Source: Candidatus Saccharimonadota bacterium | GTDB taxonomy: Bacteria; Patescibacteriota; Patescibacteriia; 2-12-FULL-60-25 | Length of the DNA: 32,000 nt | Assembly (NCBI GenBank): GCA_023898425.1 | Contig: CP060222.1 | Location: 600,001 to 632,000 of the forward strand | Reading direction: 5' to 3' | Shown here: in pieces, positions 17,435 to 24,318 of the stretch | How positions within the stretch are numbered: the stretch's first letter is position 1 | Layout of the letters: every line of letters begins with the position of its first letter | Made by a program: the position numbers and the translations under genes | The notes under the pieces: model-generated | Seen by the model: the letters and a program-made list of their open reading frames with translations, nothing else | The model's database searches: none | What the model was told of the DNA's origin: nothing

Positions 17435-17463
17435 ATCATATTCAAACATACGAAACATGTCAA
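17435..17463 (-). promoter_or_regulatory. Sigma70-type promoter driving the T-box leader (TTGACA, 17 nt spacer, TATGAT)
   Basis: Minus strand reads TTGACA (17463-17458), tgtttcgtatgtttgaa, TATGAT (17440-17435). Confidence 0.6.
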
Positions 17464-17518
17464 AGTGACATATAGTTTTGTTTTCTTGACTCCCCTCTAT
17501 TACACTGCTCATTATCCT

Positions 17519-17926
17519 ATGAGCATCGTCCTAAAAGCCGGCATGGTCATCTATCGTAATAAAAACAATGTTAGAGAATTTTTGTTGATTTACAGAAAAA
17601 AGCATAGCGATTGGTCTTTTCCGAAAGGACATCTTGAAGACGGTGAAACAACACTACAAACAGCCATTAGAGAAGTCCGAGAAGAAACAGGCCTAGCTCC
17701 GATTATCATAAAGCGTTTAGAACCCCTACATTATACGAGTAGAAAACAAAAAGAGATCGCATTAGAAATGTTTTTAGCCATGTGTGACAGCGATGATTTC
17801 TCTGCCAAAACCGAAAGCGATGAAACACCTTCGTGGATACCAGAAAAAGATGTTTTCGCACGATTAACGCATGAGAATTTGAAACGCTATTTTCTAAATA
17901 CGATACTACCGAGCATAGACAGATAA
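17519..17926 (+). CDS. Nudix hydrolase
   Basis: Nudix box GHLEDGETTLQTAIREVREETGL is present. I prefer ATG at 17519, because the TTG-initiated extension from 17432 overlaps the divergent promoter. Confidence 0.8.
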   Translation: MSIVLKAGMVIYRNKNNVREFLLIYRKKHSDWSFPKGHLEDGETTLQTAIREVREETGLAPIIIKRLEPLHYTSRKQKEIALEMFLAMCDSDDFSAKTESDETPSWIPEKDVFARLTHENLKRYFLNTILPSIDR

Positions 17927-17988
17927 CGTTGACGATAAACAAATAATTTGATATAGAAAAAGTAGCTCCCTTCAAATCGAGGTAACTG

Positions 17989-18567
17989 ATGTCAAAAAAG
18001 CCTAAAGAAACTACATCTGCACCTTTTCTTGTGGGTAAACGCCTCTACCTAAGAGCGCCCGAACCTGAAGATGCTGCGCTCTTTCAACGCGCCATCAGCG
18101 ACCCGTTCACTCGCCAATGGCTTTTGAACCGTTTTCCGATCAGTTTCAAGCAAGAGATCGAATTCATCGAGCGAATGAATCCCCCAGGCCAACCGCCAAC
18201 GCAGACCATCTTCTCGATCGTAATCAAGAAGAACCATCAGCTAATCGGTAATATGGGCCTCTTCCGTATCAATTGGCTGGATCGCAAAGCTGAAACCGCT
18301 GCTCTCATTATTTCGGACAAGTACCGAAGCAAGGGCTACGGCGTCGAAGCCAAAGAGCTCTTACTCGAATACGCATTCAACACGCTCGGCTTGCACCGCA
18401 TCGAGTCATGCGCGATGGCAGACAATATCCGCTCACTCGCCTACCTTCGTAAAAGCGGGTATGTAGAAGAAGGTGTGCAACGCGAAGCTATATTCAAAAA
18501 TGGCAGATGGACAGACCTCATCTGCTTCTCGATACTCAAAGAGGAGTGGAGGAGACGTCACCACTGA
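17989..18567 (+). CDS. GNAT family N-acetyltransferase (RimJ/RimL-like)
   Basis: 192 aa. IGNMGLFRINWLDRKAETAALI...YRSKGYGVEAKELLLEYAFNTLGLHRIES...N..S....RKSGYVEEG fits the Acetyltransf_3 pattern. Confidence 0.8.
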   Translation: MSKKPKETTSAPFLVGKRLYLRAPEPEDAALFQRAISDPFTRQWLLNRFPISFKQEIEFIERMNPPGQPPTQTIFSIVIKKNHQLIGNMGLFRINWLDRKAETAALIISDKYRSKGYGVEAKELLLEYAFNTLGLHRIESCAMADNIRSLAYLRKSGYVEEGVQREAIFKNGRWTDLICFSILKEEWRRRHH

Positions 18568-18568
18568 A

Positions 18569-18602
18569 ATTCTCAAACCCTCCCTGCGGAGGGTTTTAGA
18601 AT
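18569..18602 (+). terminator. Intrinsic terminator after the GNAT gene
   Basis: attctcaaaccctcc ctgc ggagggttttagaat; 15-bp stem with one mismatch and a GC core followed by uuuu. Confidence 0.7.
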
Positions 18603-18607
18603 TCAAA

Positions 18608-18651
18608 AATCTCTCACGGATGTTGGTTCTTGACCGCATACGTGAGAGATT
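18608..18651 (-). terminator. Intrinsic terminator closing the methyltransferase / CYTH / GreA-like / Tmk-like operon
   Basis: Minus strand reads aatctctcacg, a 22-nt loop, then cgtgagagatt followed by ttttg. Confidence 0.5.
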
Positions 18652-18725
18652 TGATAGCTCCCGATTATTCGGGTTTGCAGATAGTGGCAACAAGGTACGT
18701 ACCTCGATGAGAAGGACCTATATGT

Positions 18726-19277
18726 TTAGGCCGAGATCCTTTTCGAGATTAACTCCACTAACTCATTGGGGCTTAACAAATCCGTGTTGAACCGAATAAT
18801 TTCTCCATTCATTCTTAGATGAAGGTGCTCGTCATAGTACGATCGAATGTCATTCTGCTTTGAGAGTATCCTTACATCGCCTGCCGACATACCTCTTACC
18901 TCTAACCGCCTCATCTGTACATCGTGCGAAACGTCGAGATAGACAGTGTAGTCTGGCATGAGTAAGTTGAGAAAATCGTCACGGTCAACAGACATACCCA
19001 TAGCGCGGTGATAGACATAGGTAGTAAGCCAATATCGATCTACCACCACCAATGCAGTCGGATCAAATAACGCCATCTCTCTAGATGCAACTTTCACAGC
19101 TTCCAGATAAAATGAGTAATGATCTTCGTTTGAGGCGCTCCTATCAACAGCATCTCTCAGCGCTTTCAAACTAGGTGGTGGAGTGGGGTAATATACACCC
19201 CTAGAGTGCAAGCTTGCGAGCTGCTTACCGACAGTGGTCTTGCCGGATGCGTCTACACCTTCGAAAACAAGTATCAT
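18726..19277 (-). CDS. Thymidylate kinase family P-loop kinase (Tmk-like, short)
   Basis: MILVFEGVDASGKTT P-loop and a VVVDRYWLTTYVY (DRY) block are present. ATG 19277 overlaps the stop of the upstream gene (ATGA), so the 5' extension to 19316 is rejected. Confidence 0.7.
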   Translation of the reverse strand: MILVFEGVDASGKTTVGKQLASLHSRGVYYPTPPPSLKALRDAVDRSASNEDHYSFYLEAVKVASREMALFDPTALVVVDRYWLTTYVYHRAMGMSVDRDDFLNLLMPDYTVYLDVSHDVQMRRLEVRGMSAGDVRILSKQNDIRSYYDEHLHLRMNGEIIRFNTDLLSPNELVELISKRISA

Positions 19278-19753
19278 TTCACACCTCGAATTCCGATGAG
19301 GGTAACTGTTTTGCAAGAACCCGCAACAAATACTTCGGCTTCGGCTCCGATACTCATGCCGATAAACGGCTTAACCATCGGAGCTAAATACGAGACTACT
19401 TGCGGAAACGTTTTCATATCAGAATCGCCGTACCCACCAACAAAAAACTCCTTCCGAGTCCCGTCAACGTCGAGCACAGCTATCTGTCCAATCGAAAGAT
19501 GAGTAAGGTCTTCTGAAACCTCTTCAAAAACAAGAGCATTTTTAATCAACTCGCCAATCTTACCCAGTTGATTATTTAGCTGGTCTTCTTGGCGACACAG
19601 ATCTTCAAAGGCAAAATTATCGTGCCATTGGTTGCCGCCAGTTTCCGAAGCTTCGCCTTTTTGAAATTGAGCGTCTCTCAATTTCTTTATAACCCGCTCA
19701 CGCTCGTCCAGGATTCGTGCGAACCCCTCCTTTGTGAAGTAGAATTTCTCCAT
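19274..19753 (-). CDS. GreA/GreB-family (Gre-factor-like) protein
   Basis: About 160 aa. The N-terminal coiled coil FTKEGFARILDERERVIKKL...GGNQWHDNFAFEDLCRQEDQLNNQL parallels GreA GDLSENAEYHAAKEEQ. The C-terminal part is a beta domain. Start is ATG 19753, with AGAGG 8 nt upstream. Confidence 0.6.
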   Translation of the reverse strand: MEKFYFTKEGFARILDERERVIKKLRDAQFQKGEASETGGNQWHDNFAFEDLCRQEDQLNNQLGKIGELIKNALVFEEVSEDLTHLSIGQIAVLDVDGTRKEFFVGGYGDSDMKTFPQVVSYLAPMVKPFIGMSIGAEAEVFVAGSCKTVTLIGIRGVK

Positions 19754-19790
19754 GATAAAACCTCTTGCCACTGAAGGCAACAAAACGTTA

Positions 19791-20339
19791 CTAACAATTC
19801 TCGTGTTGGCATTCCCAGACAATATCTCGATACGGCATGCGCTCAAGTATATCATCTGTGAACCCTAAAATGTTTGCACATTTATTTATTTTCGTCAACG
19901 CATCAACCTCGTCTTGACCCTCTACTTCAATCTCCACAAAAATACCAGCGCTTCGGATTTCATCAAAACATACCGTACAGTCTTCAAATTCAAAGTACTG
20001 CCGATTCTTTTCAACTTCTACCAGGACAGTATTTCCAAGGCTTTGTAATAACTTTTTTGCCACAATAGCGTCTTGAATTCTCATATTCGTTTCCTCTTTG
20101 GCAAAATATCCTAATTGATCATCACCAATCGTTGGTGGCTTATAGGTTATTTCATGAAATTCATCCCCGCGACTTCTAATTCGAAGACACTCTTTCGTGG
20201 TATATGAGTCACGGCTACCAACATTGAAGTACGTGTCAGTCTCGGTATCAGACCCTTTAAACACCCCTCTCTCTTTGAGAGTACGTAGGACGGTTGCAGC
20301 CTGTTCGTGACTTAAGCGATATTTCTTTTCAATTTCCAT
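19791..20339 (-). CDS. CYTH domain protein (CyaB class IV adenylyl cyclase / triphosphatase family)
   Basis: N-terminal ExExK (MEIEKKYRL), LRIR, ITYKPP and FVEIEVE blocks are present. Confidence 0.75.
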   Translation of the reverse strand: MEIEKKYRLSHEQAATVLRTLKERGVFKGSDTETDTYFNVGSRDSYTTKECLRIRSRGDEFHEITYKPPTIGDDQLGYFAKEETNMRIQDAIVAKKLLQSLGNTVLVEVEKNRQYFEFEDCTVCFDEIRSAGIFVEIEVEGQDEVDALTKINKCANILGFTDDILERMPYRDIVWECQHENC

Positions 20340-20348
20340 ATATCAATT

Positions 20349-21029
20349 TTATCTACAATTAATAACTGTGAGATAGTGTCTTTGAATCTCTCTGTGTAAA
20401 CCAATCGGACATTCAATCGCTAATCCGTCATCCACATCATTGATTCGAATTGGGTCTGAACTGTATTGCTCTTTTCCCTTTGGATGGTATAGCTCCAGAA
20501 ATTTTCTGGTAAAAGATATCCAAGACGCACGTTCATATATTACGCACTTCATCAAATTCATACCGTCCGGACAGAGAACATCCCTATAGAACAGCTTACC
20601 TCCTGGCATTAAAACCCTATCGATCTCGCGAAACGCCTTTGACAGCGCTGCGCGAGACGTCATTCCAACCGTCTGAGAGTATGAGAACACTTCATGAAAA
20701 ACAGCTGATGCGTTTATTGCGCTAACCGATTCATCATCAAATGGTAAACTTGTTGCTGAGCCATGTATAGCTACTAAATCTTTTTGCTTCGCTAGCTCAA
20801 CCAAAGCAATTTCATTGTCGACACCAATCACGTCTATCGATTCAAGAATTTTTGCAGCTCTTGTTAGATGATTCAACCCTTCTCCACCGCCGATACCCAG
20901 CTCCAAAATCAAAGCCCTTCCACGCCTTCGTGGAATATCTCCTGATTGAATACAGTCGACAATGTCCCCAACCTTCTCGTCCATATTTTTCGAAATTTGC
21001 TCTAGATAACCTTTATGTATTTTTTCCAT
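20349..21029 (-). CDS. Class I SAM-dependent methyltransferase
   Basis: Motif I is ILELGIGGGEG. The post-I acidic residue VIGVDN and PGGKLFYRD are present. 226 aa. Confidence 0.75.
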   Translation of the reverse strand: MEKIHKGYLEQISKNMDEKVGDIVDCIQSGDIPRRRGRALILELGIGGGEGLNHLTRAAKILESIDVIGVDNEIALVELAKQKDLVAIHGSATSLPFDDESVSAINASAVFHEVFSYSQTVGMTSRAALSKAFREIDRVLMPGGKLFYRDVLCPDGMNLMKCVIYERASWISFTRKFLELYHPKGKEQYSSDPIRINDVDDGLAIECPIGLHREIQRHYLTVINCR

Positions 21030-21396
21030 GATCTCTAAATAGGTAAAGTTAGTCTTTGGTTTCTAAGTTAGATTAATTGTATGCCCTCATACCTCTTATT
21101 GGAAAGATCGACAAATAAATACAAATCCATAACAAAATTTCTCCACGTGGGATCTTTTAATAGGAGAAACACCCAACAAACCAAAAGTAAATCTCAACTA
21201 TCCGTCCACACAAACCTTGACAAAATCTTAAAATATTGTTAGCGTCCAATATTGTACAGACGCGGGCATATTTTCATGATATCCTTTAGTCACGTACCTT
21301 CTTAACTTTCCTTGCTTAAGAGCAGTCAACATGGTGTTGACCGCCTTTGGCTAGGGCCACAGAAAATGCCGGAACAGCCGGCGAAAGGACAGTGTC

Positions 21397-22098
21397 ATGA
21401 TCACAAACATGCGCTCGGCCCTACTTTGGGCTGGTCTCATCTCGACTCTCTTCATCTTCACCCTCGGCTGCGGCGACGGCATCGACCACATCGTGGACGG
21501 CGGCCCCTGCCAGAACACACCGTGGGTGTGCCCGGACGACTCCGGGATGGGTGGAGACAACAGCATCGATGGCGGAGACGTCGGCAACTGCACCCCAGTC
21601 GCCGAAGACACGTTCTCCTGTCTCACCGGAGTCGACAACGACTGCGATCAGCTGACCGGAGTCAACGACACCGACTGCGACGCACCGATGTGTCACCCGG
21701 GTGGTGCCTACGGTCCAGACATCCTTGATGGGATTCACGGGAACACCATGGACTACTGCTTCGACTTCTCGTGGTCGAACGATCTCACCACCGACATGAG
21801 TGGGACGATGGCCCAAGTGCTCAATCGACCGCAGATGTTCACCTGCTGTCGCGTAAGCGACGGTTTCTGCCCTGCAAGGTCGCTGTCTTACAGCAGTCCG
21901 ATTGAGCCAGGCCTAGAGCCCGGCGTAGAGTGGAATGATCAGACGGATTGTCCTCTTGGAGCCGAGGTTGGGCCCAATGGCGAACGCCTACTCGTCAATC
22001 GAGTTTGCGGGGTCTTCACCCGACTTCTCGATAGCGGGCTCATCGAGCGCGGCACCATCTCGGGCGATGCCCGCACGGTCACCGATAATTGTCAGTAA
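21397..22098 (+). CDS. Cys/Asp-rich lipoprotein encoded on a high-G+C islet
   Basis: Signal peptide with lipobox LFIFTLGC. There are 16 Cys after the lipobox and DNDCDQLTGVNDTDCD-type acidic Cys repeats. AAAGGA ribosome-binding site. Third codon positions are G/C-rich, unlike all neighbouring genes. Confidence 0.7.
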   Translation: MITNMRSALLWAGLISTLFIFTLGCGDGIDHIVDGGPCQNTPWVCPDDSGMGGDNSIDGGDVGNCTPVAEDTFSCLTGVDNDCDQLTGVNDTDCDAPMCHPGGAYGPDILDGIHGNTMDYCFDFSWSNDLTTDMSGTMAQVLNRPQMFTCCRVSDGFCPARSLSYSSPIEPGLEPGVEWNDQTDCPLGAEVGPNGERLLVNRVCGVFTRLLDSGLIERGTISGDARTVTDNCQ

Positions 22099-22120
22099 CC
22101 GACTACTGACGTCTATATGC

Positions 22121-22156
22121 AAGCCTCTGAACGCTCTACGTTCGGAGGCTTTTTTC
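22121..22156 (+). terminator. Intrinsic terminator after the lipoprotein gene
   Basis: aagcctctgaacg ctcta cgttcggaggctt followed by ttttt; 13-bp stem including one G-U pair. Confidence 0.8.
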
Positions 22157-22246
22157 ATACTGTTGGTTTTTATCCTACACTTCTCAAAGCCTTCCTTCAC
22201 CCTTCGCTCATACGGAGGAAGAAGGAGAGTTCAGTGCAACTAAAAA

Positions 22247-22270
22247 GAAGCCCTTACGGGCTTCTTTTTT
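22247..22270 (-). terminator. Intrinsic terminator immediately after the last giant-protein ORF
   Basis: gaagccc ttac gggcttc flanked by A5 and T6. It starts directly after the TAA at 22269-22271. Confidence 0.75.
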
Positions 22271-22664
22271 AGTTACCTGGCCTTAATTGTACAGCGCCTG
22301 GGTAAACAACCCACGGTCTAGCGGTTGGAGAGCCTGACACTATAGAACACTCGTTTCTAATAAATGCCGGCCCATCTTCATTTACATCGAGCAGTTCCCT
22401 TGTAAGATTGGTATTTAGTCGAACCTCACCCGTATCACTGACCTCCTCAGGATCTGGATTCGCACCAGCATAACAGCCGCCGTATGGATGCAGGATTTTA
22501 CTTGAAGAAACATCCCCAAGAACGCCATTAGTGTTATCAGCGCGACACTCACCCGTACACCATCCCCAATTATCCATTACCTGTAGACGAGGAGTGAAGT
22601 AACAGGAATTGGTGGTTGTATCGAAACATCCAGAGATATCCGTTACACCTGTTACCGATGCCAT
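22269..22664 (-). CDS. Cys-rich secreted protein gene, fragment 4 of 4 (frame-disrupted)
   Basis: The frame is open upstream to 22732, reading SFKTCTADSGCAAGDTCIAER before the listed Met. It continues fragment 3 after a +1 shift at the A4 run 22718-22721. Confidence 0.6.
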   Translation of the reverse strand: MASVTGVTDISGCFDTTTNSCYFTPRLQVMDNWGWCTGECRADNTNGVLGDVSSSKILHPYGGCYAGANPDPEEVSDTGEVRLNTNLTRELLDVNEDGPAFIRNECSIVSGSPTARPWVVYPGAVQLRPGN

Positions 22665-22701
22665 ACGCTCTGCGATACAAGTATCACCAGCGGCGCAGCC
22701 G

Positions 22702-22974
22702 CTATCTGCGGTACAAGTTTTGAAGGATTACGTGAGCAATATCCCCAGCTGCTATCTGACAAACCGGTAATTCATTAGGCTTTCTAGGCTCTCCAACCGG
22801 TGCCGGTCTCATGCTCTCATTACAGACATAGACATGCTGGAAGTCAAAGTAGTTTGAGTCACAGGCGTCTCGGCTATTGCCAAACATGGTACGCACGATA
22901 CATTTGTCATTTGGATAATCAGCACTCCCACATTCTGCATCGGCTGAACAGGTTTTTGTGGTTGATTTTGACAC
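22702..22974 (-). CDS. Cys-rich secreted protein gene, fragment 3 of 4 (frame-disrupted)
   Basis: Nominal start is GTG. The frame is open upstream (VNGCV...). It joins fragment 2 by a -1 shift at a coding-strand A4 (22966-22969) or A5 (22953-22957). Confidence 0.6.
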   Translation of the reverse strand: MSKSTTKTCSADAECGSADYPNDKCIVRTMFGNSRDACDSNYFDFQHVYVCNESMRPAPVGEPRKPNELPVCQIAAGDIAHVILQNLYRR

Positions 22975-23201
22975 ACACCCGTTGACTTACAAAGACCGGC
23001 ACCGGCAGGGCAGTCGCCGTCAGAATTACAGGTAAGACCAGAGGCGCGAACCTGATCTGAACATTCACTTTGAACGTTACAGTATGGCTTATGGTTTTTG
23101 AGTTTTGTGTCTGCGAGCTTGGTGCTTTGACCATCACCCCAATCAATATAGATACGTTTGAGTGGCATTTGATTGTGTGTTGCCCAAGCATAGAAACGCA
23201 T
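22809..23201 (-). CDS. Cys-rich secreted protein gene, fragment 2 of 4 (frame-disrupted)
   Basis: The frame is open upstream of its Met (AVKHQGPLNAGVGQFVAS-MRFYAWATHNQ...). It joins fragment 1 by a +1 shift at a coding-strand G4 (23238-23241). Confidence 0.6.
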   Translation of the reverse strand: MRFYAWATHNQMPLKRIYIDWGDGQSTKLADTKLKNHKPYCNVQSECSDQVRASGLTCNSDGDCPAGAGLCKSTGVCQNQPQKPVQPMQNVGVLIIQMTNVSCVPCLAIAETPVTQTTLTSSMSMSVMRA

Positions 23202-24294
23202 ACTTGCGACAAACTGTCCGACACCTGCATTGAGTGGCCCCTGATGTTTGACCGCTTAAGTTAAACGCATTAGTTTGTGCAACTTCGCATTGTCCAGGAA
23301 CAGCACAATTGCGTGTATCTGGGGCTGCAACCATTGGAGGTCTAGGCGTGTAATAGGTGATGTAGTTGAAGTTTTGGCTAGCAATAGCAGTAAAGCCCAA
23401 AAAGGATGGTGTGTAATGACCGAGTGTTACATCCGTAGGTAGCGGGACTGATGATCGTGGGTCAAGCGAAACGACTTTACCTGTGCCACCAATCTTATAG
23501 GAGACGAGCCCACAATATTCATCCGCTGGATTTGGACAGAGGTCGAGACGAGGATAATAGCCAATACCATGGGTACAGATATTATTGTCTTTGTCTGGAT
23601 CTGTAGAATTTGGGTCTCCGATAAGCGCATTATCTGGCGGTTTACAGTCTGAACTTGCTGCGCTGCTACCCGCTACGACACAATTAGCTGCCTCTCCTGA
23701 GCCTGAATAGGGGTTATTAAGAACGGCGCAACTATCGCCACCGACTTGGCAAAGGCTACCTTCTTGTAATCCACCCACGCATCTACCAAAATTTGAATCA
23801 CTTTGAGAGATTTGAGCGCATCTTTGGTTGCTTACTATATCTTCAACCGTGACCTGACAATCTGCAACTTCGTTACAAGAGACGTAATTACCATTGAGTG
23901 TACTTGGTCTCCCAGCTACCGGTTCTGCAATCGTGATGCCACTGTCACGAAATGCCTGAGTTAAGAGCGCGGTCCCCTCTGCGTCTCCTAATGTCCATCG
24001 ACAGAATTTTTCATTCACTAAAGGGTCTCTGCGTACACACGATGCAACAGGTCCTGGTATTGTAGCTGGATCTAGTGGGACATTCGCTACAGTCACACGT
24101 GTCACTATTAAACAATCATCTGATCCCCTCGTAGTAGGCTTACTACAATTGATCTGATAAGAACCTGCTCCATCACAGACAAAAGCTTTTTCATCTGACG
24201 CTGCACTCAATGTTAGTTGTTGAAGGCTTGATCCAGCATTTATTTTTGAATATCTACCGTTACCGTCTACCCTCCACTCTGAGAGATGATACAT
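23143..24294 (-). CDS. Cys-rich secreted protein gene, fragment 1 of 4 (true ATG start at 24294)
   Basis: The ATG is preceded in frame by TGA TAA ... TAG ... TAA. 383 aa, of which the last roughly 30 (ATQCRCRTVCRKYAFLCLGNTQS...) look out of frame. Confidence 0.65.
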   Translation of the reverse strand: MYHLSEWRVDGNGRYSKINAGSSLQQLTLSAASDEKAFVCDGAGSYQINCSKPTTRGSDDCLIVTRVTVANVPLDPATIPGPVASCVRRDPLVNEKFCRWTLGDAEGTALLTQAFRDSGITIAEPVAGRPSTLNGNYVSCNEVADCQVTVEDIVSNQRCAQISQSDSNFGRCVGGLQEGSLCQVGGDSCAVLNNPYSGSGEAANCVVAGSSAASSDCKPPDNALIGDPNSTDPDKDNNICTHGIGYYPRLDLCPNPADEYCGLVSYKIGGTGKVVSLDPRSSVPLPTDVTLGHYTPSFLGFTAIASQNFNYITYYTPRPPMVAAPDTRNCAVPGQCEVAQTNAFNLSGQTSGATQCRCRTVCRKYAFLCLGNTQSNATQTYLY

Positions 24295-24318
24295 TTATTT
24301 TTTGCGCTAAGGAGTTTA

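Noticed and set aside
19754-19855. 5' extensions of the Gre-like ORF (to 19855) and of the Tmk-like ORF (19278-19316)
   Set aside because: The extensions overlap the upstream genes. The internal ATGs coincide with a ribosome-binding site (19753) or an ATGA stop/start overlap (19277), and with the start of family-conserved sequence.
21312-21816. Three long ORFs (21312..21728 +, 21351..21638 -, 21421..21816 -) overlapping the lipoprotein gene
   Set aside because: Their translations are Arg/Pro/His-rich and low in complexity, as expected from stop-poor alternative frames of high-GC DNA. Only the 21397 frame has a ribosome-binding site, a signal peptide with lipobox, and a terminator.
22919-23230. 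ORF 22919..23230 (-), 103 aa
   Set aside because: It is an alternative frame of the same DNA as 22809..23201 and 23143..24294. Its composition is not protein-like, and it is not needed to connect the fragments.
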